Assembly: GCA_018238625.1 (NCBI GenBank)
Contig: JABCSY010000041.1
Location: 1 to 34,231 of the forward strand
Direction of reading: 5' to 3'
Length of the DNA: 34,231 bases
From: Promethearchaeota archaeon
Lineage (GTDB): Archaea; Asgardarchaeota; Lokiarchaeia; Sigyniarchaeales; SOKP01
Part shown: positions 18,572-28,931 of the stretch, one piece after another
Position numbering within the stretch: the stretch's first letter is position 1
Layout: each line of letters begins with the position of its first letter
Notes under the pieces: model-generated
What the model was told of the DNA's origin: nothing
Database searches by the model: none
The model's input: only the letters and a program-made list of their open reading frames with translations
Position numbers and translations under genes: made by a program

Positions 18572-20899
18572 TTGGAAGTTAAATCGTTAAACGAGCTCGT
18601 TCGGGGCATCCCTCATCTTTCGCTAAAAATACCCCTATCGTATACATCAGTATTGAAAGAGACCGTTGGAAAACCAATGATCATTAGACAAGCATTGGGT
18701 TTAAAGCATACTTTAGAGAATTTGCCCCTTATTATTAGACCTGATGAGCTCATTATCGGAACTTTTGACAAAAACATTCCCGTAGCAATTCCTAGAATGG
18801 AAGGCAGTGGCTTTAGAATTATGAAAGAACTCGAAAATCTTCCACATAGAATTGTAAATCCGATAAATGTAAAAAAGAAAGATATAAGAACATTAAGAGA
18901 AGAAATAGCACCCTTTTACGATAATTTTAAAATTGATACTTACGCCAGAGAAATCGCACCTAAAAGTGTTTTTGAGACGGCATTCAGTGGGTGTGCATTT
19001 ATTGCCACTGAAATAGGGGGAATTGCTCACGTTGTCGTCGATTATCCCAGACTAATCTCTTTAGGTTTAAAGAAGTATATTAGTTTATCTCAAGAAAAAT
19101 TAGCTGATTTTAAACCGGAAATAATTGGAGAAACCAAAGAAAATAAGAAAATAGCTTTTTATAAAGCAACGATAATTATTTGTAAAGCATTGATTAGTTA
19201 TGCTCATAGATATTCAGAACATGCAAAATTACTTTCTGAAAGCGTGGATAATCAAGAAAGAAAGTTAGAATTAAAACAAATCGCTAAAACTTGTAATAAC
19301 ATTCCAGAAAATCCACCAAAGAATCTTCAAGAAGCGATCCAATTTATTTGGTTTATCCACATGGCACTTCATTTAGAAAATTTCGAGCATGGAATTTCTT
19401 TTGGAAGAATGGATCAGTATCTATTGAAATTCTATAATGGGAAGGAGGAATTTGCAATAAAATTGATTAGAAATTTATTTCTAAAAACCAACGAAGTAAT
19501 TGCATTATACGACAGTGTTGCCACCCAATATTTTGGAGGCATGGCCACTACTCAAAATGTTCTAATTGGTGGTATTGATAAAAATGGTCAAGATTCCACC
19601 AATAATCTTACCTATCTTTTTCTTGATGCAATAGATCAAGCAGCAGTTCCAAGTCCGAACTTGGTTGTAAGATTAAATAGAAATACTCCTACTGCTATTA
19701 TTAATAAAATTGCTGATATATTAGCAAAAGGTAAAAATGTCATAGGATTATACAATGATGAATTAGTAGTACAGAGTTTAATAAATTGTGGCATTTCACT
19801 AAAAGAAGCACGTGATTATGGGGTAGTGGGTTGTGTTGGATTGTCTACATCAGGGGTTTCCTACGATAATACCGGAGCAGTTTTTTTAAACTTACCAAAA
19901 GCTTTAGAACTTGCTTTAGGGACAGATAAATCAATTGTTAGTAAACATATTGATAATAATATTGATTCTAACAAATTTAATTCAATAAATGATATTTTAA
20001 ATGTCTTTGAAATTAAACTTAAAGCGTTAATGAAAATGGCAGCTACAGCTGCAAATGCTTACCAACAAGCACATAAAATATTGAAACCAACCCCATTGAT
20101 GTCACTTTGTATTGAAGGAAGTTTTGAGAAAGGAATTGATGTGAATGAAGGCTCAGCTAAATACAATTTTTCGGGTATTCATGTGACAGGCTTTTCAGAC
20201 GTAGTAGATTCAATAGCTGCTATAGATTGGGCTGTTTTTAAGGAAAAGAAAATAGAAATGGAAGATTTAATCAATGCTTTGAAAAATAATTTTAGGGGGA
20301 GTAAGGATATCCAGAGCTATCTTATTTATAAGTGCCCGAAATATGGAAGCGATGATGATAACGCAGATGTTTTCGCTAAAAAAGCTATTGAAATACTTGC
20401 TCAATCTGTAAAGGGCTTAAAAAGTGCACGAGGGGGTGATTATAGGGTGGGGATTCATGCAATGACGACTCATGTTGGTTTTGGCATATTCACGGGAGCT
20501 CTTCCCTCTGGCAGAAAAAAGGGGAAACCACTAAATAGGGATATTGCCCCTGGATTCACGGGAGAAAAAGGGATCACCGCTGCTATTAATAGCATCACAA
20601 AAATCAACCACGCCCTTCTTACAAATGGTGTGGCATGCACTCTTAATATTGATCCTAATATTGTATTGTTAAACCACGGAAAGATTTTCGAATCAATACT
20701 AAGAACGTATGTAAAGTTAAATGGTTCTCATTTACAATTTAACTCAATTTCTCTAGAAACGCTTAACGAGGCTCAAAAGTATCCAGATATATTCAAAGAT
20801 TTAATGGTTAGAGTATCAGGTTACAGTGCTAGGTATACAGAACTACCAAGAGCTGTTCAAGATGACATCAAAGCACGATATTGTTATTCTAAATTCTAA
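18572..20899 (+). CDS. Glycyl radical enzyme (PFL2/eliminase-like family)
   Basis: IIRPDELIIG, SFGRMDQYL, GCVG finger loop, PKYG.DD, GALPSGR and LMVRVSGYS glycyl loop. Confidence 0.92.
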   Translation: MEVKSLNELVRGIPHLSLKIPLSYTSVLKETVGKPMIIRQALGLKHTLENLPLIIRPDELIIGTFDKNIPVAIPRMEGSGFRIMKELENLPHRIVNPINVKKKDIRTLREEIAPFYDNFKIDTYAREIAPKSVFETAFSGCAFIATEIGGIAHVVVDYPRLISLGLKKYISLSQEKLADFKPEIIGETKENKKIAFYKATIIICKALISYAHRYSEHAKLLSESVDNQERKLELKQIAKTCNNIPENPPKNLQEAIQFIWFIHMALHLENFEHGISFGRMDQYLLKFYNGKEEFAIKLIRNLFLKTNEVIALYDSVATQYFGGMATTQNVLIGGIDKNGQDSTNNLTYLFLDAIDQAAVPSPNLVVRLNRNTPTAIINKIADILAKGKNVIGLYNDELVVQSLINCGISLKEARDYGVVGCVGLSTSGVSYDNTGAVFLNLPKALELALGTDKSIVSKHIDNNIDSNKFNSINDILNVFEIKLKALMKMAATAANAYQQAHKILKPTPLMSLCIEGSFEKGIDVNEGSAKYNFSGIHVTGFSDVVDSIAAIDWAVFKEKKIEMEDLINALKNNFRGSKDIQSYLIYKCPKYGSDDDNADVFAKKAIEILAQSVKGLKSARGGDYRVGIHAMTTHVGFGIFTGALPSGRKKGKPLNRDIAPGFTGEKGITAAINSITKINHALLTNGVACTLNIDPNIVLLNHGKIFESILRTYVKLNGSHLQFNSISLETLNEAQKYPDIFKDLMVRVSGYSARYTELPRAVQDDIKARYCYSKF

Positions 20900-21070
20900 A
20901 GATTTGCACCGCTAAAGTCTTACTATAACAAACAAACATTCTATCAGCTGCAAAAGACAATAAAAATAAGTTTGATTTCCTATCTTAAAGTATTTACATA
21001 CAATATATTAAAATTATAAAATGAATTAAACAGTTTATAGTAGTAGTATATTATTCTTAAATGATTTATT

Positions 21071-22990
21071 ATGTACAATTTCGATTATGAAGAATTAGGA
21101 TTAAAATGTGGTTTAGAAATTCATCAGCAGCTTGATACAGAAACTAAACTGTTTTGTAGATGCCCAAGTAAACTTCAAGGGACTAGAGTGCCAGATTTTA
21201 ATACAATGAGGTATATGAGACCTGTTTTGGGAGAAATGGGCACATTTGATAAAGCGATGCTAACAGAATATAAAAAGGGCAAGACTATCATCTATGAAGG
21301 TTATAACGATGTAATTTGTACTTATGAGTTAGACGATACCCCCCCGTTTTCCTGTAATGAGGAAGCTAGAAAAATTGCCTTAGAATTAGCTTTACTTCTT
21401 AATGCAAATATTATTGAAGAGATGCATGTAAGTAGGAAAAATTATCTTGATGGAAGCGTCCCTTCTGGGTTTCAACGCACTATGATTTTGGGAACAGATG
21501 GATACATAACTTTGAAGAAAGGTAAAAAAATCAGAATCGCTATTCTAAGCTTAGAAGAAGAAGCTGCTAGGAAAATAAAAACTGAAAATAAAACTAATTT
21601 TTACAGACTAGATCGTCTTGGAATTCCATTAGTAGAAGTAACAACACAACCAGATATAAATACACCTGAAGAATGTAGAGATTGTGCTGAAAGGATTGGA
21701 TTATTACTGTGGATAACTAACGTAAAAAAAGTTCTTGGCTCAATCAGGCAAGATATTAATGTAAGCATTAAATCTGGAACCCGGATTGAAATTAAAGGAG
21801 TTCAAAAATTGAGTTGGATAACAATATTGATTAACCATGAAATTTCACGTCAACTTAACCTAATAGAGATTAGAGAACAATTGAAGAATCGAAAAATAAG
21901 TGAAAATGATATCCCTCAAGAGCCCGTAGATTTAACTAGTTTAATGAGAAAAACTGGTTCAAAGTCTATTGCAACTGGCATAAAATCGGGAAAAAAACTC
22001 TATGGTTTAAATTTTAAAGGTTTCAAAGGTATTTTTGGAAAGGAGCTAATGGAGGATTATAGATTCGGTACCGAGGTAAGTAGTAAGGTAAAAGTTATTT
22101 CAGGCCTAAAAGGGATTATCCATTCTGATGAAAAATTAGAAAATTATAATTTTTCTCAAGAAGAAATAAAAAAAATCCAAAATAAGTTGAATTCAAAAGA
22201 AAAAGATTGCTTTGTTTTAGTTTTGGGGACCATTAAAGAACTAAAAATAGCAACAGATATAATCATTAATCGGATAAAGTATGTTTTTAAAGGGGTTCCG
22301 CCTGAGACAAGAAAAGCACTTGACAATGGAAATACGGAATTCTTGAGAGAATTACATGGTGGAGCACGTTTATATCCCGATACAGATTCACAGGCAATAA
22401 TGAATACGGTAGAAGAAACTAAACAAATTCAAAAGACTTTACCTAATTATCCTTGGGATATAATTGAAGATTATGCTAAAATGTACAAAGTTGAACAGAG
22501 TTCTATTAAAAAATTAATTTTTAATGGGCAATTATCTCTATTTGACAGCTTAATAGATATTTACCCCACGAAACCGTCAATAATCATAACAACATTATTA
22601 AACACAGCAAAAGCAATTAAACGGGAAGGAAAAATAATAGAAAATATAACTAATGACGATTATAAAAAAATCTTTCTAGAATTGAAAAATAAAAAAATTG
22701 GAAAGGAAGCTATCGAAGATATAATGAGATTAAAAGCTGATTCTCCAAATCTCACTATCGAACAATCTATCGAGAATCTAAATCTTGAAAGTCTTTCAAT
22801 TGAAGATTTAAAAATAATTATTAATGAAATTGTAATTAAAAACTTAAAAATCATTAAAGAAAGAGAAATGAGATCCATGGGACCACTAATGGGAGAAGTG
22901 ATGAAAAAAGTACGGGGAAAAATAGATGGTGAGATCATTTCTAAAGAATTGAAGATACAGATATCAAGCAAATTAAAGGAGATGAAATGA
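21071..22990 (+). CDS. gatE: Glu-tRNA(Gln) amidotransferase subunit E
   Basis: GLKCGLEIHQQL, KLFC, DGSVPSGFQRT, LEEEAAR, RLDRLGIPLVE, IRQDINVSI, HSDE, PPETR and RLYPDTD. Confidence 0.96.
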   Translation: MYNFDYEELGLKCGLEIHQQLDTETKLFCRCPSKLQGTRVPDFNTMRYMRPVLGEMGTFDKAMLTEYKKGKTIIYEGYNDVICTYELDDTPPFSCNEEARKIALELALLLNANIIEEMHVSRKNYLDGSVPSGFQRTMILGTDGYITLKKGKKIRIAILSLEEEAARKIKTENKTNFYRLDRLGIPLVEVTTQPDINTPEECRDCAERIGLLLWITNVKKVLGSIRQDINVSIKSGTRIEIKGVQKLSWITILINHEISRQLNLIEIREQLKNRKISENDIPQEPVDLTSLMRKTGSKSIATGIKSGKKLYGLNFKGFKGIFGKELMEDYRFGTEVSSKVKVISGLKGIIHSDEKLENYNFSQEEIKKIQNKLNSKEKDCFVLVLGTIKELKIATDIIINRIKYVFKGVPPETRKALDNGNTEFLRELHGGARLYPDTDSQAIMNTVEETKQIQKTLPNYPWDIIEDYAKMYKVEQSSIKKLIFNGQLSLFDSLIDIYPTKPSIIITTLLNTAKAIKREGKIIENITNDDYKKIFLELKNKKIGKEAIEDIMRLKADSPNLTIEQSIENLNLESLSIEDLKIIINEIVIKNLKIIKEREMRSMGPLMGEVMKKVRGKIDGEIISKELKIQISSKLKEMK

Positions 22991-24349
22991 ATGGAAGATA
23001 AACTTAAAGGATATAAAGGCAAATCTATAGATATTTTAAAAAAGCATACAATTGAGATCTGGGATATCATTCAAATCACTACAAATAAAACACAATTAGA
23101 AGGAATTTTAATGCCAAGAAGCGAATATTCTGCTCCTGATTTTATAGAAATCAAGTTAGAAAACAACTATAATGTTGGAATAAATGTCTCTGAGATACAA
23201 AACATAAAAAAAATTGGAAAAAGAGAAGCTAATTACAAACTTCCAGAAAAAAAATTTCCATACAATAAAGATTTGCCTAAGCTTCAATTATTAGGAACTG
23301 GAGGGACGGTTGCTTCAAGATTAGACTATACGACTGGGGCGGTTATACCTTCTTTTACTCCAAGCGAGTTATTTAGTTCCGTACCTGAATTGGCAGAAAT
23401 TTGTAATCTTGATTGCGAAATTGTTTTTGAGATATTATCAGAAAATATGAAATTTGAATATTGGCAAAAATTAGCAGAAAAAGTTAAACAAGCCGTAGAT
23501 TCTGGTTTTGATGGAATAGTTATAGGACATGGAACTGATACTATGACATTTACTAGCGCCGCTTTATCTTTTATGTTAAAAGATTTGTCTATTCCAGTCG
23601 TGTTAACCGGGAGTCAAAGAAGCTCCGATCGCCCGTCTTCTGATGCCGCTTTAAATCTGATAAACGCTGCTACTGTAGCTACCTCTGATATAGCTGAGGT
23701 TGTAGTAACTATGCTAGGTTCGTCTTCACATGATTATGGATTAATTCATAGGGGAACAATGGTAAGAAAAATGCATTCCTCAGTAAGAGATACTTTTCGT
23801 ACCATTGATGATATTCCGTTAGGAATGGTGAGGGATAGGAAGATTAAAACTTTTAAAAATAATTACAGAAAACGAAGTCTATCTGAAACTACTATTAATA
23901 CGAATTTTGAGAAGAAAGTAGCTCTTATTTATTCTTATCCCGGAATGGAAAACGAACAAATTGAATTTTATATAGATAAAGGTTATAAAGGTATAGTATT
24001 TGCTGGAACAGGGCTTGGGCATGTCAGCACAGATATTTATAATGCCATTGAAAGAGCCATTCAAGAAGGAATTACTATTCTTATGACTACACAAACTTTA
24101 CATGGTTTTGTAGGGATGAATGTGTATTCCACTGGGAGAGAATTACAACATTTAGGCGTTATTCCAGGTAGGAACCTATTACCAGAAGTTGGGTACGTTA
24201 AATTAGGTTGGGTACTAGGCCAAACAAACGATCTGAAAGAAATCAAAGAGCTAATGTTGACTAACGTTGCTGGGGAGTTTATCGATAGAGAAGTTCCAAT
24301 CGCTTTTAATTATAATATAGACGAGCTATTGAAAAATAAAAAATTATGA
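22991..24349 (+). CDS. gatD: Glu-tRNA(Gln) amidotransferase subunit D
   Basis: KLENNYNVG, GTGGTVASRLDYTTGAV, HGTDTM, GSQRSSDRPSSD and RKMHSS. Confidence 0.96.
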   Translation: MEDKLKGYKGKSIDILKKHTIEIWDIIQITTNKTQLEGILMPRSEYSAPDFIEIKLENNYNVGINVSEIQNIKKIGKREANYKLPEKKFPYNKDLPKLQLLGTGGTVASRLDYTTGAVIPSFTPSELFSSVPELAEICNLDCEIVFEILSENMKFEYWQKLAEKVKQAVDSGFDGIVIGHGTDTMTFTSAALSFMLKDLSIPVVLTGSQRSSDRPSSDAALNLINAATVATSDIAEVVVTMLGSSSHDYGLIHRGTMVRKMHSSVRDTFRTIDDIPLGMVRDRKIKTFKNNYRKRSLSETTINTNFEKKVALIYSYPGMENEQIEFYIDKGYKGIVFAGTGLGHVSTDIYNAIERAIQEGITILMTTQTLHGFVGMNVYSTGRELQHLGVIPGRNLLPEVGYVKLGWVLGQTNDLKEIKELMLTNVAGEFIDREVPIAFNYNIDELLKNKKL

Positions 24350-24458
24350 TTTGTTTCTATTGTTTTATCTTAAAACTAAATAAATTCTAACTAAAATAAT
24401 AAAAAATTTAAACTTTTATTAATTAGATATTACTAATTCGATTTAGTAAGTGATCTTT

Positions 24459-25187
24459 ATGGGAAAACGAATTTTAGCTCAAAGAAAAGGATACGGCCAC
24501 TTATGGGCACGATCTCCAAGTCACCGACATGTAGGAAAGGTAAAGTATCGTCCCTTCAAAAAAAAAGAAAAATTGTTAAAATTTAAAGTAATTGAATTCG
24601 TTCACGCTCCAGGTAGAGGTGCTCCAGTAGCTAGAATTAGTTACGATGATGGCGAAAAAGGCTTATGGCTCCCTCCAGAAGGAATTTACGAAGGACAAGA
24701 ATTTATTCAGTCTAAAACGGGATATGGCCAAGAAGTGAAAGTAGGAAATATCTTACCTGTGAAAAAAATCCCCTTAGGAACTCTTGTTTTTAATATTGAG
24801 GGCACTCCACAAGATGGTGGTAAATTTGCGAGAGCATCTGGAGTAGCCGCCATTGTAAGGGATAAATCGGGTAACAACGTTGAAGTGTTATTTCGATCCA
24901 AAAAAACTAAATGGTTTAATGAAAATTGCCTTTGTACGGTTGGAGTTGTAGCTGGTGGCGGAAGAACCGACAAACCGTTTTTAAAAGCCGGTAATAAACA
25001 CCATTACATACGATCTAAAGCTATTAAATGGCCGGTTGTTCGCGGAGTCACGATGAACGCAGCAAGTCACCCCTACGGAGGAGGTGCAAAACAAAGTCCT
25101 CATAAACCAACAACAACCTCGAGAAATGCCCCTCCGGGTAGAAAGGTGGGACAGATAGCCGCTAGGAGAACAGGTCATCAGAACTAA
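24459..25187 (+). CDS. rpl2: 50S ribosomal protein uL2 (archaeal type)
   Basis: MGKRILAQRKG, HAPGRGAP, GGGRTDKPFLKAG, WPVVRGVTMN and PPGRKVGQIAARRTG. Confidence 0.97.
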   Translation: MGKRILAQRKGYGHLWARSPSHRHVGKVKYRPFKKKEKLLKFKVIEFVHAPGRGAPVARISYDDGEKGLWLPPEGIYEGQEFIQSKTGYGQEVKVGNILPVKKIPLGTLVFNIEGTPQDGGKFARASGVAAIVRDKSGNNVEVLFRSKKTKWFNENCLCTVGVVAGGGRTDKPFLKAGNKHHYIRSKAIKWPVVRGVTMNAASHPYGGGAKQSPHKPTTTSRNAPPGRKVGQIAARRTGHQN

Positions 25188-25333
25188 AATCTTATTTTTA
25201 AAACTTTTTAAATTTAAAGTTATGGTAATTTAAAATTTCGAAGATATTCGCTTTTTAATAGAAATTTAAAAAAAGAATAATAATTGATCATGGATTATTT
25301 CTATTATAGAAATAAAAGATCAATAAGTTAGCT

Positions 25334-26692
25334 ATGGATCATAAATTTATTAATCCAGTTGAAACTCGTTATCGAACTAAAATTGCTGAAATTTTTACAG
25401 AAGAAAAAAAATTAGAGAATTGGTTAAAAGTTGAGGCAGTATTAGCAAAAACACATGCTAAATGGGGCAATATTCCTCAAGAATCCGCAGAAGAGATATG
25501 TAAGAAAGCTAATTTGAATTATGTTAAATTAAATCGTGTAAAAGAGATTGATAATGAAATTCATCACGATTTAATGGCTATGGTTAAGGCTTTATCAGAA
25601 CAATGCGAAGGAAACGCTGGAAAATACATCCATTTGGGGGCAACAAGTTACGATATTGAAGATACAGCAACAGGATTACAGTTAAAAGAAGCTATAACAT
25701 ATATCACTAATTCTTTAAAAAAGCTTTTAGTAGAACTAATAAAAGTTATACAGAATAAGAAATTACTTGTTTGTATAGGAAGAACTCACGGACAACACGC
25801 TATTCCAACTACATATGGGATGAGGTTCGGCGTGTGGGCGTATGAAATAGATAGACATTTAGATAGATTAAAAGAATCTCTAAATCGAATATCATATGGT
25901 AAAATGTCTGGTGCCGTAGGAAATATGGCGAGTTTTGGAGAGAATGGTATTGAAATACAGAATTTCATAATGGAAGAGCTTGGATTAAATCCAACTTTAA
26001 TCACGAACCAAATAATTCAGAGAGATCGTCATGCTGAAGTCCTCTTTTTAACAACGTTGATCGGGCAATCATTAGCTAAAGTCGCGAGGCAATTTCGAGT
26101 GCTCCAAAGAAATGAAATCGCTGAAATGTTTGAACCTTTCAAAAAGAATCAAGTAGGGAGCTCGACGATGCCCCATAAAAGAAACCCCCATAAATCTGAA
26201 CGAATTTGTAGTTTAGCTAGAGTCTTAAAATCCAATATTATACCTGCTTTAGATAATATAATATTAGAAGATGAAAGAGATTTAACGAACTCTGCTAACG
26301 AAAGGATAATTTTTGCTGAAAATTTCATACTGTTAGATTTTATGATAATACAATTAACAAGTATTATCCAAGAAGTTGAATTTGATGAGGAAAGAATAGA
26401 AGAAAACTTAAATCTTACCAAAGGAGCTTGTTTGTCTGAAAAAATCATGTTAAATTTGGTTGAAAAAGGTATCGGAAGACAAGAAGGGCATGAAATTTTA
26501 AGAAAAGCAGCAATAAAAGCAAAAAAGCAAAATCGTTTTATTAAAGAAATCTTGTTAGAAAATGAAAAAATAACAGAAGGTTTTACAAAAGATGAAATTG
26601 ACGATTTGTTAAATCCACATAAGTACATAGGAAAATCTCTTGAACTTTTAGAAAATTTATTAAAATTTCTGAAAAATAAACATAATTTATAA
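25334..26692 (+). CDS. purB: Adenylosuccinate lyase
   Basis: HHDLMA, HLGATSYD, GRTHGQHA and GSSTMPHKRNP. Confidence 0.96.
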   Translation: MDHKFINPVETRYRTKIAEIFTEEKKLENWLKVEAVLAKTHAKWGNIPQESAEEICKKANLNYVKLNRVKEIDNEIHHDLMAMVKALSEQCEGNAGKYIHLGATSYDIEDTATGLQLKEAITYITNSLKKLLVELIKVIQNKKLLVCIGRTHGQHAIPTTYGMRFGVWAYEIDRHLDRLKESLNRISYGKMSGAVGNMASFGENGIEIQNFIMEELGLNPTLITNQIIQRDRHAEVLFLTTLIGQSLAKVARQFRVLQRNEIAEMFEPFKKNQVGSSTMPHKRNPHKSERICSLARVLKSNIIPALDNIILEDERDLTNSANERIIFAENFILLDFMIIQLTSIIQEVEFDEERIEENLNLTKGACLSEKIMLNLVEKGIGRQEGHEILRKAAIKAKKQNRFIKEILLENEKITEGFTKDEIDDLLNPHKYIGKSLELLENLLKFLKNKHNL

Positions 26693-26694
26693 AA

Positions 26695-27876
26695 ATGTCT
26701 AACAAAAAAGATATATATTCTCAATTAGGGGTTTCCTCAAAAAAGGAAGATGTTCATAAGGCAATCCAATCGATCGATAAAGGATTATTCCCCGGAGCAT
26801 TTTGTAAAATAGTACAAGATGTAGGTAGGAGAGATGATTATTGTTCAATTTTTCATTCAGATGGAGCAGGGACAAAAGCAAGCTTAGCTTATATGTACTA
26901 TAAAGAAACGGACAAAATATCTGTTTTTAGGGGGATTGCAAGAGATGCTATTGTTATGAATATTGATGATATGTTGTGCGTTGGAGCTACTGAAAATTTT
27001 TTCATATCTAATAATATCGGTCGAAATAGACGGTTTATCTCGGGCGAAGTAATTAGTACAATAATTAAAGAATATTTTACATATTGCGAAAAGCTGTCTG
27101 AATTTGGTTTAAATGTCGTAATGTGCGGCGGCGAAACTGCTGATGTAGGAGATATTGTAAAAACTCTACTAATTGATGCCTCAGTTTTTACTAGTATGAA
27201 AAGAGAAGATATTATTAATGCTGAAAACATTAAGGCAGGAGATGTGATAGTTGGATTGGCTAGTGATGGAAAAGCATCGTATGAAGACGAATTTAATAGC
27301 GGAATAGGAAGTAACGGATTAACCCTAGCTAGACATGGAGTTTTATCCCATACTTATTATAAAAAATTCCCTGAATGTTACGATCAAAACCTTGACGAAA
27401 AATTTATCTTTTTTGGGACTTATCAACTTACCGATAAGATCAAAGGTTTGGGTTTGACAGTTGGAGAAGCTTTATTGTCTCCGACTAGGACTTATGCTCC
27501 ACTATTGTTGGACGTACTAAAAAAATATCGAGAAGAAATTCACGGAATAATCCATAACACGGGAGGAGGTCAGACGAAAAACCTTAATTTTGGTAAGGGT
27601 ATTACTTATCTTAAAAATAATCTTTTTAAAATTCCCAAAATATTTGAAATTATAAGTAAATCTTCAGAAACTTCATGGAAAGAAATGTATCAAGTGTTTA
27701 ATATGGGTCATAGAATGGAAATTTGTTGCGATGAATCAATTGCTAAAGAAATTATTGATATTGCTAAAAAATACAACATCGAATCAAAAATCATCGGCCT
27801 ATGTGAAAAATCGTCTTATAAGAACAAAAACCAACTAGAAATAAAAACTGAATTTGGATCTTTTAATTACCAGTAA
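26695..27876 (+). CDS. purM: AIR synthase (long-form PurM)
   Basis: GVSSKKEDVH, DGAGTK, MNIDD, GGETADVGD, GSNGLT, SPTRTY, HNTGGG and EMYQVFNMG. Confidence 0.9.
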   Translation: MSNKKDIYSQLGVSSKKEDVHKAIQSIDKGLFPGAFCKIVQDVGRRDDYCSIFHSDGAGTKASLAYMYYKETDKISVFRGIARDAIVMNIDDMLCVGATENFFISNNIGRNRRFISGEVISTIIKEYFTYCEKLSEFGLNVVMCGGETADVGDIVKTLLIDASVFTSMKREDIINAENIKAGDVIVGLASDGKASYEDEFNSGIGSNGLTLARHGVLSHTYYKKFPECYDQNLDEKFIFFGTYQLTDKIKGLGLTVGEALLSPTRTYAPLLLDVLKKYREEIHGIIHNTGGGQTKNLNFGKGITYLKNNLFKIPKIFEIISKSSETSWKEMYQVFNMGHRMEICCDESIAKEIIDIAKKYNIESKIIGLCEKSSYKNKNQLEIKTEFGSFNYQ

Positions 27877-27898
27877 ATCCATTTAAAAAATATAAAAT

Positions 27899-28873
27899 GT
27901 GATTGAAATTTTTGATGTAATTTGTATAGGCGCCGCCCTAGTTGATATGGTCGCTCAAGTAACAAGATACCCTGCTGATGATGACGAAGTATTCGTATCT
28001 GACTTAACTTTATTGTCTGGTGGGGCTGCTGCTAATACTGCTTATGCTTGTGCGAAAATTGGATTATCAACAGCGTTCATTGGAAAGTTAGGGGGTCACG
28101 ATGCTTTTGGTAACAAAATTCTTAACGACTTTAAGGAAGTAAATGTTGATACTAAGTTTATTAAATATTCTGAGCACCATGGAACTGGTTCTGCCTATAT
28201 TGCTCTAAATAAAAGAGGAGACCGAAGAATTTATGCTCATAGTGGTGCCGCAAATTATCTTTCAAAAGAAGATCTTTTAGAAAAAGAATTGATAAATACA
28301 AAAATAATTTTCCTAAGTAGCTTAAAAAATTTAGAACCATTTATTGAAGCCGCTATTATTGGTAGAAACAACAAAATACCCGTTGTTTTAAATCCTGGTA
28401 TGTTAATCATCGACCAAGGTTTAAAGAACATTAAAAAATTGCTGGAGAAAATTGACTTCTTAATTCTTTCTCAAAATGAATATGCTTCTCTTTTTAATAT
28501 AGAAGAGTGTGATTTAAACGAAGATTTAATCCAAGAAAAATCGAGCACCCTATTTAAATTAGGTATACAAGTTATTATTACTACTTTAGGTAAAAAAGGA
28601 GCATTATTACTAACCAGCAGTAGAGCAGAACTTCTACCCCCATTAAAATTAAAAAGTTTAATTGATACAACTGGAGCTGGTGACGCATTTTCAGCGGGAT
28701 TCGTTTATGGGCTTGTTCAAAATATAAATTTAAAATTTGAACACCTTAAAAACAATGTCGAAATTGGTAACTTTGTAGCTGGAAATTGTATACAAGAATT
28801 AGGAGCAAGAAATGGGATTCCAAATAGAGAGGACTTAATTTTTTTTTTGGATTCTTCAAATAAAAAAATTTAA
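27899..28873 (+). CDS. PfkB-family carbohydrate/nucleoside kinase
   Basis: GGAAANTA, GKLGGHDAFG and DTTGAGDAFSAG. Confidence 0.92.
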   Translation: MIEIFDVICIGAALVDMVAQVTRYPADDDEVFVSDLTLLSGGAAANTAYACAKIGLSTAFIGKLGGHDAFGNKILNDFKEVNVDTKFIKYSEHHGTGSAYIALNKRGDRRIYAHSGAANYLSKEDLLEKELINTKIIFLSSLKNLEPFIEAAIIGRNNKIPVVLNPGMLIIDQGLKNIKKLLEKIDFLILSQNEYASLFNIEECDLNEDLIQEKSSTLFKLGIQVIITTLGKKGALLLTSSRAELLPPLKLKSLIDTTGAGDAFSAGFVYGLVQNINLKFEHLKNNVEIGNFVAGNCIQELGARNGIPNREDLIFFLDSSNKKI

Positions 28874-28931
28874 AATATTTCGATTTAATTATTTGTTATT
28901 CATTGAACTTGTTGTTAGAGATAGATAAATT

